Notes under the pieces: generated by a model
The model's database searches: none
What the model saw: the letters and a program-made list of their open reading frames with translations, nothing else
Told to the model about the DNA's origin: nothing
Part shown: positions 1 to 9,397 of the stretch, piece after piece
How the letters are laid out: every line of letters begins with the position of its first letter
Position numbering within the stretch: position 1 is the stretch's first letter
Translations under genes and position numbers: made by a program
IMG/VR virus record: IMGVR_UViG_3300028833_000055
Location: 110,446-174,445 of that record
Length of the DNA stretch: 64,000 nucleotides
Origin: a virus
Lineage: Duplodnaviria; Heunggongvirae; Uroviricota; Caudoviricetes
Reading direction: 5' to 3' (one strand)

Positions 1-37
1 GGAACCCGAGCGTTCTACCACTAATACTCTTTTGTCC
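1..37 (-). tRNA. possible 5' half of a tRNA, truncated by the window edge
   Basis: The reverse complement reads GGACAAAAGAGTATTAGTGGTAGAACGCTCGGGTTCC and contains a D-loop-like AGTGGTAGAACGC. Position 8 is atypical and the 3' half lies outside the window. Confidence 0.3.
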
Positions 38-95
38 TTCATTTTAAAAAAATTGTTTTTATCTATCTTTATTTATGTAAATATATTTTCAATCA

Positions 96-1805
96 TTATA
101 GACCTCCGAAGCCACCACCGCCTCCTTCATCCTCATCTTCATCCTCGTCTTTCTTCTTTTTCTTCTTCGGCTTGAAATTCTCCTTCGGCTCACCTTCTAT
201 TATTTTTGCAATATCCTCTTCCTTATAGCCTTCTTCACGAAGTTCTTTCTCCTCCTTGTACCTCTTGTTCTCCTTGAGTTCCTCATCGGTAAGACCGAAC
301 CATTTGCGTACAGCCCACTCGAAGTCGAAGTAAGGTATCTGGTTGCCTTCCTTGTCGGTTTCAACCATCGAACCCATAATGGACGCTATGAAGTCGGACT
401 GCTTCTGCAAGTACTCCATCTCCTTGTTCTTCTCGAAGAGCGAATCCGAATACCAGTCCAGACCCATATTTACACGGAAATTTATATCTGTAGTAATTTC
501 CGGATGTTTCAGACACATCTGAATATATAACGGCTTTATAAGGATTTCAGAGAAAATTGCACGAAGTCTCTTTACAAACTTCGAGAACCTTATCTCCTCA
601 CGGTTTATACCTTCGGCGGAAAGTGTGAATGTTCCCTCACCCTGTTCTTTTTCGAAACGGGTGAAAGGTATCTTTGATGCCTGTCTTAACTTGTCACGGA
701 AATATCTCAATGTCTCCGTATCGGAAATTTCGGGTCCGTCACCTCCGATATTCTGTATCTGCGGGGTCTCACCACCTTCGGATGCCATAAAGATGTCCTT
801 GTAGAACTGCAACATAGGACGACCGTTGGTTCTTATTTCACCGGAATCCCAGTCGAAGTCCACAAGTTCCTTGTAGTTCGACATCGCCTGTGCAAGTGTC
901 TGACGACCTCTCGGTGACTGTACCGAACCGACCGGTATTATATATTGTGTCTTGTAGCTTGCGTTTGTAACCGCCCATATTATACGGGTGGCCTCCATAG
1001 TCCTCAATATGTTGAATGAACGGATAAGTCTTTCCACATAGGATATTCTTGAAACGGCATCCGCCTTTGCATAGGCGAGGTATATAATCTGTGAGTCGTA
1101 AAGTATCCTGTCCTGTGTAACCGTTCCGTTTGGAGAGAATTGCTGGTTGACGAACCATATCTTTTCATTGGTGTTCGGGTCTATGCCAGGTGTAAGCATC
1201 GCAGGTTCAAGTTCAACGAAACCAATAATCTCCGTCTGCTGTGGATTATAGACAATTTCAAAAGCGAGGAAACCGTCAATCAACCATTTACGGAAATAGT
1301 CTGTCGCTTGGACTGTATCGTAGAATCCGAAATAGTTATAGAGTTTGTTATACTCCTCGTTCATTTCATCGACTATACTCTGTTCAATCTTATAGTTCAA
1401 TTTTGCAGAAGCGAACTTGTTTGCACCGTCGAAACACACACATTCCTCACATATGATATCAAGTATCTCCTCTATTTCATCCTGCAGGGCGTAACGTCTC
1501 AACTGCTCTTTCTTCTTGGCGTAGTTTTCCTCCGACAAGTTGAAATATCCCTTCGACAATGAAGGGTCGGTGGATGACATTCTGGCGAACAGAACTTGAA
1601 CCGCCTCATCGTTCAGAGAACCCACTTGTGAGGAAGTTGGGTTCGAGGTTATAACTTGTCTCTGTAAATCCAAATCCTGTGAACGGACATTCTTTATGAT
1701 GTCGTCCTTGTAGTTCATACCGAAAGACGAGAGTTTCCTCAACAGTCTTTTCACCGGATTCGGATTTAGGGTATTGTTTCTATTATTTCCAGTAAAACCT
1801 GACAT
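96..1805 (-). CDS. gp20: portal protein (T4 gp20-like)
   Basis: 569 aa with T4-portal-like segments (YALQDEIEEILDIICEECV, ISYVERLIRSFNILRTMEA, YFRDKLRQASKIPFTRF, INREEIRFSKFVKRLR) and an upstream late promoter at 1834-1842. Confidence 0.9.
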   Translation of the reverse strand: MSGFTGNNRNNTLNPNPVKRLLRKLSSFGMNYKDDIIKNVRSQDLDLQRQVITSNPTSSQVGSLNDEAVQVLFARMSSTDPSLSKGYFNLSEENYAKKKEQLRRYALQDEIEEILDIICEECVCFDGANKFASAKLNYKIEQSIVDEMNEEYNKLYNYFGFYDTVQATDYFRKWLIDGFLAFEIVYNPQQTEIIGFVELEPAMLTPGIDPNTNEKIWFVNQQFSPNGTVTQDRILYDSQIIYLAYAKADAVSRISYVERLIRSFNILRTMEATRIIWAVTNASYKTQYIIPVGSVQSPRGRQTLAQAMSNYKELVDFDWDSGEIRTNGRPMLQFYKDIFMASEGGETPQIQNIGGDGPEISDTETLRYFRDKLRQASKIPFTRFEKEQGEGTFTLSAEGINREEIRFSKFVKRLRAIFSEILIKPLYIQMCLKHPEITTDINFRVNMGLDWYSDSLFEKNKEMEYLQKQSDFIASIMGSMVETDKEGNQIPYFDFEWAVRKWFGLTDEELKENKRYKEEKELREEGYKEEDIAKIIEGEPKENFKPKKKKKKDEDEDEDEGGGGGFGGL

Positions 1806-1851
1806 AAAGTATGTAATTTAAAAACTAATAAGATATTTATGATTAAAATTA

Positions 1852-2130
1852 TTATTCATCCACATATTTTGAATCACTTGGGTCTACTCCGGTTTCAAAC
1901 TGACCGGTTATCTCGGGACTTGACTGTCTTACCATCCTCTCCGGTTTCAGAAGTTCGGAAATAGGTTTAAACTCGTCCTTTGATATTTCATATTTTCTTT
2001 TCATATGGTTTCCTTCTTCAAACTTCTTCGCTTCCTTTTTATCTTTCAGAAAATCGAGTTCGTGTCCCCTTGTGACATAATCCCTTTTATCGTACTCGTA
2101 GTTTTCGAGTTCTTTCTTGTAGTCTTTCAT
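1852..2130 (-). CDS. hypothetical protein
   Basis: 92 aa charged ORF, co-oriented between two late genes. Confidence 0.6.
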   Translation of the reverse strand: MKDYKKELENYEYDKRDYVTRGHELDFLKDKKEAKKFEEGNHMKRKYEISKDEFKPISELLKPERMVRQSSPEITGQFETGVDPSDSKYVDE

Positions 2131-2151
2131 ATCGTTGTTTTTTATTTTATC

Positions 2152-4071
2152 TTACCATTGTGTAGCGGCCGTACCGCCGAAATTCAACTTGAACTCCACC
2201 GTAGTTTCACCGGTGGTAAGGTTCATATTCATTCTGGTGTTTCCGTCGTTTATAATAACCCACATCTCACCAGCACCGTCCGCTTCGTCCTTCAGATAGT
2301 AGAAACCTTGCTTTGCATCCGGTGTACTTGCATAGTAGTTGTTTAATTGGGTCCTGTTTGAAAATTCAGTACTTATTATAACTGTGTTTCCGTGTCTTTC
2401 ATAGTCGGATTTCCTCAAATAGTACTGGTCAACCCACATCTTCTTGGCCATCGACTGACCGTCTGACTTCAACATATATTTGTCTCCGTCAAAATCCGGA
2501 ATCTCCGTCTTCTTGGCATATGTCTCTTCGGCTTCCGTTTTTGTCAGGAACTTATCGACTTCGGTCTTCCTTACGAATGTGTCGTTTATCTCGGATTTCG
2601 TGAAGTAGTCCGACAACTGTGATTTCTTGACATAATACTGGTCAACCCATATCTTCTTGGCGAAGGCTGACAACGCACCGTTGAGTTCGTCCGAAGTGAG
2701 CAGACCGTCGGTTGCACCTTTTTTAAGAAACCTACTTGACGCTTCATCCTCCGTCAGATAACCTTCGAGTTTGGTGTCCACAGACGAAATGGTTGCATAG
2801 TCTTTGAGTTTCTCGTTTAATGATGAAGTCTTTTCATAAACACCCATCTCGCTTTTTTTCATATAGTACTGGTCAACCCACATCTTCTTGGCGAAGGCCG
2901 ACAACACCTCGTTGAGTTCGTCGGGTGTGATTGTGTCGTATGCGACACTACCCCTTTTATTCACAAAATTATTGATTTCCTCCTTTGTCACATAATCCTT
3001 GAGTTTGGAGTTTGTCACATACTCTTTGAGTTTCTCGTTCAAGGATGATGTCTTTTCATAGGCGGACATATCCTTTTTTTTCATATAGTACTGGTCAACC
3101 CAGATTTTCTTCGCAAAGGCGGAAAGTATTTCGTTGACTTCATTCGGTGTAAGCACATCACCCATCTCACCCTTTTTGAGATATTTCCTCGAAATCTCAT
3201 CTGCTGTCAGATAGTCCTTGAATTTCGCCTCCACCGATGTACCGGTCACATATTTTTTAAGTTTCTCGTCTATGGATGAAGTCTTTTCATAAGCATTCAT
3301 ATCGCTTTTCTTCATAAAGTACTGGTCAACCCAGATTTTCTTCGAGAGTGCCGAAAGTTTGGTTGACAAGTCACTTTTCTTCTCGTAGTCGGAGAGGTCT
3401 CCCTTCTTTAAATACAAAGTGTCCGCTTCCGATTTTTTCAGATAGCCCTTGACTCTTTCCCTGAATCCTTCCTCGTCTATGTAAATACTTGCGTCCTCCT
3501 TTGAAAGATATACCGATTCAGCGAAGGCCTTGTCAACATATTGCACGAGTCTGCTGTTTAGTTTTTCCGGTGTAATCATCTTTTCACCGTTGTTTCTCAC
3601 TTCGTTTATTAGTGATGAGAGTGAATTGTAGAAATTGGTGTTGGTACTTTTCAACGCCTTGATGTCTTCTGCGAATTGGAGAGGGTTGTCGAGAAGGTTC
3701 AGTTCACTCTTCGTCAACAAGTGTTTGTTGGCGTAGTCTTCGAGTGCTTTAAGTGTTATTATATTCTTTATAGGTGAACCTATGACCTTCACGATTTCGT
3801 CCGCCAGCGAAAGGTTGGTGATATAATCGTTCTCCTTCAACCAGTTTTTCAGTTCGGTCTTGGTCAATACGTTTCCGTTTGAAGTACCACCGGTTGAAAA
3901 TACGGAGAGTTTCTGTCTCTTGTTCGCCCAGTCAAAATAAAACTCGTTGGTGTCACTAGTGTGGTAAAGTCTCCCGTTGACGGGTTTCTTTATGCTGCAC
4001 AATTCCTTATATGTGCAAGTAACAACTTCCAGATATTCCTTTTTGAGATTTATGTTGTCTTGAGTGTTCAT
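2152..4071 (-). CDS. late repeat protein, probably virion fibre or structural
   Basis: 639 aa with five copies of [A/S]KK[I/M]WVDQY[Y/F] at a period of about 71-77 aa; late promoter at 4095-4103. Confidence 0.6.
   Translation of the reverse strand: MNTQDNINLKKEYLEVVTCTYKELCSIKKPVNGRLYHTSDTNEFYFDWANKRQKLSVFSTGGTSNGNVLTKTELKNWLKENDYITNLSLADEIVKVIGSPIKNIITLKALEDYANKHLLTKSELNLLDNPLQFAEDIKALKSTNTNFYNSLSSLINEVRNNGEKMITPEKLNSRLVQYVDKAFAESVYLSKEDASIYIDEEGFRERVKGYLKKSEADTLYLKKGDLSDYEKKSDLSTKLSALSKKIWVDQYFMKKSDMNAYEKTSSIDEKLKKYVTGTSVEAKFKDYLTADEISRKYLKKGEMGDVLTPNEVNEILSAFAKKIWVDQYYMKKKDMSAYEKTSSLNEKLKEYVTNSKLKDYVTKEEINNFVNKRGSVAYDTITPDELNEVLSAFAKKMWVDQYYMKKSEMGVYEKTSSLNEKLKDYATISSVDTKLEGYLTEDEASSRFLKKGATDGLLTSDELNGALSAFAKKIWVDQYYVKKSQLSDYFTKSEINDTFVRKTEVDKFLTKTEAEETYAKKTEIPDFDGDKYMLKSDGQSMAKKMWVDQYYLRKSDYERHGNTVIISTEFSNRTQLNNYYASTPDAKQGFYYLKDEADGAGEMWVIINDGNTRMNMNLTTGETTVEFKLNFGGTAATQW
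2421..3333 (-). repeat. intragenic repeat, core TACTGGTCAACCCA on the + strand, five copies
   Basis: Copies near 2421, 2634, 2865, 3087 and 3319, all in frame in ORF 2152..4071. Confidence 0.85.
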
Positions 4072-4151
4072 AAAAAAATCTTTTACTTATTACATATTTA
4101 TGATTTTTGTTATATTTAATAAGAGGTAAATATAATATAAATTTTATCAAA

Positions 4152-4502
4152 ATGAATGTAAACGAAAGATTTAATGTTCTAGCACAAGGTGTTATGCTTG
4201 CACAGAAGAACGGTGTACTTTCATTGGACGAAGCTGTTGAAGCAAAATCACACATCGACTCACTTCAAAAGGGTGAAAACATCAAGGAATCTCTCACCTA
4301 TCTTGTCAAGGTTTGTGAACTCGCACAGAGAAAGGGTATCTTCTCGATTCAGGATTCACATTTCCTCTATCTTGCAATAGACGGAATGGAAGAGGAAGTT
4401 GACAATTTCCTCAAAGAAAGAGAAAAGACCATCGAGACACCGGCAGACAACGGAGATAGTGAAAACACCGATGACAAACAGAACAAGAAGAAGGGAAAGT
4501 AA
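4152..4502 (+). CDS. hypothetical protein (start revised from 4107)
   Basis: The promoter motif at 4105-4118 overlaps the track start; the in-frame ATG at 4152 gives MNVNERF. Confidence 0.7.
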   Translation: MNVNERFNVLAQGVMLAQKNGVLSLDEAVEAKSHIDSLQKGENIKESLTYLVKVCELAQRKGIFSIQDSHFLYLAIDGMEEEVDNFLKEREKTIETPADNGDSENTDDKQNKKKGK

Positions 4503-4519
4503 TAAACCCTATCAGAGAC

Positions 4520-4607
4520 AAAAAAGGAGGTCGAAAAGACCTCCTTTTTTGTTTTATGGTAATTCTATCACAAAAAGAAAAAGAGGTCAATTTTGACCTC
4601 TTTTCTT
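4520..4607. terminator. two convergent intrinsic terminators
   Basis: GGAGGTC-gaaaa-GACCTCC flanked by A/T runs (4526-4544) and AAGAGGTCAA-tt-TTGACCTCTT (4581-4602), between convergent genes. Confidence 0.8.
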
Positions 4608-4610
4608 GTT

Positions 4611-5141
4611 TTAAGCGATTGTGGCTATTGCCCCGAGAATGTTTCTCGTGTGTGTCATCATTTCAATGTCGTTATCAACAAGACTGACTTCCACTTCGTA
4701 GTCGGTTGCGAGTGATGTCTGTACATCCACATCTTTCCATCTACGGAAATTCTTTTCACAAGTGACGACTATCCTCTCGTTCCAGTCTTTGGGGAATTTC
4801 GCTTTCATCCTCTCTATGTTCCTTCCGAGTTCGTAGAAACATATAGGTTGGTCGGATTCAAGTGTGTTGGCGAAATACATTGAAAAGATGTCACACTTTT
4901 CAAGCATTTCAAATTCCCATTCAATCTGTTCATTGGTGGCATTTGGGTCGTTTATGGGGAAATTGTCCCTTCTTGGATTGATGAGATATATGTCAACATC
5001 CGACTCCATCGGCGACTTCTTGAAATTCTCTATGACCCTTTTCTGCCACAACGGACATTTCTGAATACCTCCTGCGAGAAACACCTTGATGGAGTTCGGT
5101 GTAAAATCCACTTTCTCCACCGCTGTTACAATTTTAAGCAT
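4611..5141 (-). CDS. nucleoside 2-deoxyribosyltransferase-like protein
   Basis: Family motifs VFLAGGI...WQ, NPRR, QIEWE...CD, PICFYELG. Confidence 0.8.
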   Translation of the reverse strand: MLKIVTAVEKVDFTPNSIKVFLAGGIQKCPLWQKRVIENFKKSPMESDVDIYLINPRRDNFPINDPNATNEQIEWEFEMLEKCDIFSMYFANTLESDQPICFYELGRNIERMKAKFPKDWNERIVVTCEKNFRRWKDVDVQTSLATDYEVEVSLVDNDIEMMTHTRNILGAIATIA

Positions 5142-5142
5142 A

Positions 5143-5568
5143 TTACTTGAAATTTAATATAAGTCTGTTCCCATTCTTTCTTTTCGTGAATTTTCTAATA
5201 TTCTGTTCCTTGAAGATTACCGGAATGTTCTCACACATCTCTGTGAAATACGGTTCTTCATAAGTCTCACTAACCTGATATTCTTCGATTTTGTTTCTGT
5301 ATCCGACTATCTCTATAGTCTTCTTTTCGGTATCGAAGATTATTTTCGAAAGTTTGTCCATAGGTCTGTTGATGATGGACTCCTTATCTTTGGCGTAAAT
5401 CGCAAATGTACCGGTTGCCGAGATTGAAACACGAATATCAGCGTCTATCTTATCCCACTCCTCTGGATAAAGACCGTTTAAAACATAGGCCACATTGTTT
5501 TTAATCACATAGGAATTTTCAAGAATATCATCGAAAATATAAAATTCCTTTTTAGCACTCTTACTCAT
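5143..5568 (-). CDS. hypothetical protein
   Basis: 141 aa ORF tightly packed in an operon. Confidence 0.6.
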   Translation of the reverse strand: MSKSAKKEFYIFDDILENSYVIKNNVAYVLNGLYPEEWDKIDADIRVSISATGTFAIYAKDKESIINRPMDKLSKIIFDTEKKTIEIVGYRNKIEEYQVSETYEEPYFTEMCENIPVIFKEQNIRKFTKRKNGNRLILNFK

Positions 5569-5579
5569 CTTTAATATTT

Positions 5580-5792
5580 TTAAACACTTTTCAATCTTGA
5601 ATAATATTCTTCAAAACTTTCGGTCAACAGTAATGCCGGAAGTCCAGCAGGCCATAACATAATTGTTATGAATGCCGGCCAGATGAATGTTCTGTCAACA
5701 AGTTTCAAACTCTTCCAAAAATATCTATATACGATTGGTTTGAAAAGGTAAGCGACAACCGCATATAAAAATCCTATAAAAAAATATTCCAT
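5580..5792 (-). CDS. small membrane protein
   Basis: 70 aa with two hydrophobic segments, directly downstream of a host-type promoter. Confidence 0.6.
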   Translation of the reverse strand: MEYFFIGFLYAVVAYLFKPIVYRYFWKSLKLVDRTFIWPAFITIMLWPAGLPALLLTESFEEYYSRLKSV

Positions 5793-5797
5793 TTTTA

Positions 5798-5812
5798 CAA
5801 AGATACTATTTT
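5798..5812 (-). promoter_or_regulatory. Bacteroidota-type sigma70 -7 element (TAnnTTTG)
   Basis: The minus strand reads AATAGTATCTTTGTAAAAATG. The same AATAGTATCTTTG recurs at about 47279-47291. Confidence 0.65.
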
Positions 5813-5841
5813 ATTTGTTAAAAATTATATTTTTTCAAAGT

Positions 5842-7026
5842 CTAATATTTATAGACGTGATTATCTACACTGTCAAGAATATCCCAAATGTATGTTTCAA
5901 GTGTTTCTTCAACACTATCAACAAGGTCAAACAAATTACTTGTCGAAACAGCACCACTCCTATTGTTGTGCCATTTTACTAAAATAATATTTTCTGCCTT
6001 GTCATAACACAACGATGTGGCAACTTCATATTCTTTACTCCGGAGGAGGGAAGCGTCTCTATCCTCGATAGTACCATCTAGTTGTATTTCACCATCCTTT
6101 GTAAATCCACACCCATCTATCGTAGATATGATTTTCCACACTTCTTGTGGTTCATCTTCCAATTCCAGCAGATTGATTTCTTCATCATTTTCAAAATGAA
6201 CCATCAAATAATTATAACTATTTATTTCTATATAGTCCGCCGAAGACCCATTTTTCGTATATTTTCCATTCAATTCTATAATACTGTCTTCATAGTCTTC
6301 ATTGATTTGTTTGGTGTATCTGAAATTTCTTGACTCCTCAAAATAATATCCTATTGTTCCATCCGGTTGAATCGGATATATTCCAAAAGAAGGGTCTGTG
6401 GGTTTTTTCTGTTTAAGGAGTTCTGCAAAGTAACGTCCGGTAGGTATTTTACTAGTTACATCACCCACTTCAAAGAACTCGTGCCATTCTTTACTCAAAG
6501 GTCTCCTGTCGTTCTCGTCCCTGCAAGTATTGTATCTTACTTTTCCTCTTTCCGTCCTTTTCATCAGACACACACCGTCCTCTGCGTTGTATATATAGTT
6601 TTTAAGAGGTTCGAGTTCCACCTTGTTATATCTATTGTTCGCCCAGTTTATTTTGTCGAGTTCATCCTGGTCAATTTCTTGTGCTATATTATTGAGATTC
6701 GGTCTCTTTATTTCCCATCTATCCCAAGGCGCCTTCTTTATAAAAGTATCGTCACCAGTCTCGAGATATTCCAATAATAACATTTTCTTTGCAAATTCTA
6801 TGTTCTTCGGGTCAATATCCTTTTCGTGAAAATGTGAAGTTATGATGAGAGTCATCGGAGAACCGTCACTTTTTGTAATCATCTTATTGAACTGATGTCC
6901 TTTACCCCTGTCATCTATATAAGTCCATCCGAGTTTCTTCATATCCCTTATAAAGTCTGTCACCGGATAGTTTCTCTTCGCTTCGTTTATTGCAATAAAA
7001 TCTTCAAATTTAAGAATGTTTTCCAT
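5842..7026 (-). CDS. multi-domain late protein with CTS-like N-terminus and possible HicA-like domain (start revised from 7065)
   Basis: The late promoter at 7047-7055 lies inside the track ORF, so the start is ATG 7026 (MENILKFEDFIAINE). The next segment reads MKKLGW...RGKGHQF...ITSH. Confidence 0.6.
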   Translation of the reverse strand: MENILKFEDFIAINEAKRNYPVTDFIRDMKKLGWTYIDDRGKGHQFNKMITKSDGSPMTLIITSHFHEKDIDPKNIEFAKKMLLLEYLETGDDTFIKKAPWDRWEIKRPNLNNIAQEIDQDELDKINWANNRYNKVELEPLKNYIYNAEDGVCLMKRTERGKVRYNTCRDENDRRPLSKEWHEFFEVGDVTSKIPTGRYFAELLKQKKPTDPSFGIYPIQPDGTIGYYFEESRNFRYTKQINEDYEDSIIELNGKYTKNGSSADYIEINSYNYLMVHFENDEEINLLELEDEPQEVWKIISTIDGCGFTKDGEIQLDGTIEDRDASLLRSKEYEVATSLCYDKAENIILVKWHNNRSGAVSTSNLFDLVDSVEETLETYIWDILDSVDNHVYKY

Positions 7027-7055
7027 TTTATCAAGTGTGTTTGTAATATTTATGA

Positions 7056-7895
7056 TTAGTTCCAATACAGACTTTCATACACATCGGTGTTGTTTCTCCC
7101 TTCGAGTGTTCTTCTGAAAGAACCAGGTCTGCTGTCTATGTAAACCTTGTTTTCATAACAGTCCGAAGGTATCAATGTATCACTGTTATCTTTACCATCA
7201 TAACTCAAGACAAACTTTATATTCTTGGAATCAAGTATTCTCAACTGGTTGAAGAAATCCTCGTACCTCACCTTTCCGAAATATTTTCCGCTTCTAGTGT
7301 TGTCATAAGGCGGGTCTAGATAAAGAAGGTCGTCCTCCACCGCCTCATCCATTATCTCATAGTAGTCACAGCATCTGAATGTCACTTCGTTTTCATTGAG
7401 AAGTTCACTCCAGTTCATAATGACCGGTTTGAGTATCTTCGGCTTTATTCCGTCACGAGTAAGATGGAATGAAGCGTTGAAGTCAAGATGCTTGTTGTAT
7501 CTCGGCATTCCGTTGGTACAAGTTCTCGTCAGAAAGAAAAAGAGAACGGGGTCTCTGCTTTCGTTGAACTCCTTTCTCACTTCCTCGAAATAACTTCTCT
7601 TGGACAACCTGTCTTTTATGGAATACATCTCCTTCCACATCCTCACATATTCGTTAAACAGACCATCGGGGTCTTCCTTAATTAACTCCCACAAGTGAAT
7701 AAGGTCTGGATTGGTATCCGAACACACGAAATCCCGAGCGAATTTCTCTTCGGATACCATCAGTTGATACAGGACGGAACATCCCCCACAGAACGGTTCG
7801 TAGTATGTACGGATGTATTCGGGGAAATACGAGACTATCTGTTCACTCTGTATCCTCTTACTTCCTGCCCATTTTACGATTGCTTGGAAATCCAT
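7056..7895 (-). CDS. dam: Dam-family (D12 class) N6-adenine DNA methyltransferase
   Basis: KWAGSK, YYEPFCGGCSV, LYLDPPY, FVLSYD. Confidence 0.9.
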   Translation of the reverse strand: MDFQAIVKWAGSKRIQSEQIVSYFPEYIRTYYEPFCGGCSVLYQLMVSEEKFARDFVCSDTNPDLIHLWELIKEDPDGLFNEYVRMWKEMYSIKDRLSKRSYFEEVRKEFNESRDPVLFFFLTRTCTNGMPRYNKHLDFNASFHLTRDGIKPKILKPVIMNWSELLNENEVTFRCCDYYEIMDEAVEDDLLYLDPPYDNTRSGKYFGKVRYEDFFNQLRILDSKNIKFVLSYDGKDNSDTLIPSDCYENKVYIDSRPGSFRRTLEGRNNTDVYESLYWN

Positions 7896-8100
7896 TCTTC
7901 AAGACACTTTTCAATATACGAGTGTTTATCTCATCCGTTATGGATTCGACTTCCCTTTCAATTAACTGGTTGCACACCTTTTCGGTTTCTTCTATTTCTT
8001 TTTCCGTCAAAGGGCGGTTTCCTATGATATGATAGAAACCTTCTTCACCATCAATTTCTCCGAACACATAGTGATACGGATTCGTACCTTTTACTATCAT
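7858..8100 (-). CDS. hypothetical protein
   Basis: 80 aa ORF in an operon, with an ATGA overlap with the upstream ORF. Confidence 0.55.
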   Translation of the reverse strand: MIVKGTNPYHYVFGEIDGEEGFYHIIGNRPLTEKEIEETEKVCNQLIEREVESITDEINTRILKSVLKNGFPSNRKMGRK

Positions 8101-8270
8101 TTCATTGATTTTAAATATTTAACATAAATGAAAATCCAGAATATTGAAAAGACAGTACTCTGGATTATATTGAACATCCATACCGATGAGTATTCGTTAT
8201 AGATATTTACTATCGACCATACTAGCATCAATAAGTTGAAAACTATCAAGGAAATATTCAACACCTTCAT
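8097..8270 (-). CDS. small membrane protein (not in the ORF track)
   Basis: My translation is MKVLNISLIVFNLLMLVWSIV...FWIFIYVKYLKSMK (57 aa). It has a TAATG overlap with the AAA gene and fills the gap exactly. Confidence 0.6.
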   Translation of the reverse strand: MKVLNISLIVFNLLMLVWSIVNIYNEYSSVWMFNIIQSTVFSIFWIFIYVKYLKSMK

Positions 8271-9385
8271 TAGAAACCCATTTTTCTTTTTTCTTCTACA
8301 AACTTTTTATCACCACCAAAAAGTTCGGCCAGAGTAATATCATTTTCAGGAACCGGAAGATTATATTTCTCGGCAACCTTTACGGCCTTATCTTTCTTCA
8401 GTTTTCCGAAGTCGTATCTCATACGGCATCTTCCGGGACGGAGAAGTGCCTCATCTATATTCTTCTCGTTTGTATTGAAAGTGCAGATGAATTTGATTTT
8501 TAAGGCGTCCGCCAAAATACCATCCGTCATATTCAACATATCGGCGACCGCTGAACTCCTTGTATTGTTCTTTGTGACAACAAGATTTTCACAGTCCTCT
8601 ATGATGAATACACTATTCTTATTACCAAGAAGAAACGTAACAAAACTCGGATTTGTTATGTCGTTGATAAGGTTTGACGGAATGTAAACGAACTTCTTGT
8701 CCTTTCTCATACATTTTATAAGATGTCTTATGTATGTGGTTTTTCCCGTTCCCGCTATTCCGTGAAGAATATACAGTCCGTTATCATCATCCTTTATGCT
8801 TCTCACTATTTCCTTATGGATATCGGAGAACCCGTCGTTATAGAGGTCGAAGTCCATATCGTTCTTGATTTTTATATCGAACTCCTCGAGATAGAAACCG
8901 TTATCACGGGCGATAATACTGCATTTGACCTTATCATCCTTGTCTATGTAATCGGAAAAATACTTGTTGATTACATCCTTTATCAACTCAATACTCTTAT
9001 GTGAATGTAACACAATGGCGTTTTGCCACGAACAACCGTATGATAAGAGAATACCATCTTCACGGTACATTATCCAAGAAGTCATCATTATGTCACCGCC
9101 GGCCTGTTCCATAACATCACCGTTATCATCCTCATCTTCGTTATTGTTGGTATAATGTATCACAAATGTATCGAAACCATTCTTCAGAAGAATTTCATAT
9201 ATTTCCGAAGCCATCTTGCACCTCTCTTTAAACTCACCCTTGCGTATTAAAAAATTACACTGGAATTTAGGATAATAACCGAAAACGGATGAATATACAT
9301 TTTCTTCATCTTCCAATGTTCTCCTCATAACCATAGTGTTTTCTATGGTAGTTTCTGTTCCGGATATTTTTATGTCTTTACTCAT
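8270..9385 (-). CDS. AAA+ ATPase
   Basis: Walker A GIAGTGKT, Walker B FIIEDCE, and DEALLRPGR. Confidence 0.85.
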   Translation of the reverse strand: MSKDIKISGTETTIENTMVMRRTLEDEENVYSSVFGYYPKFQCNFLIRKGEFKERCKMASEIYEILLKNGFDTFVIHYTNNNEDEDDNGDVMEQAGGDIMMTSWIMYREDGILLSYGCSWQNAIVLHSHKSIELIKDVINKYFSDYIDKDDKVKCSIIARDNGFYLEEFDIKIKNDMDFDLYNDGFSDIHKEIVRSIKDDDNGLYILHGIAGTGKTTYIRHLIKCMRKDKKFVYIPSNLINDITNPSFVTFLLGNKNSVFIIEDCENLVVTKNNTRSSAVADMLNMTDGILADALKIKFICTFNTNEKNIDEALLRPGRCRMRYDFGKLKKDKAVKVAEKYNLPVPENDITLAELFGGDKKFVEEKRKMGF

Positions 9386-9397
9386 ATTGTTTATTTT

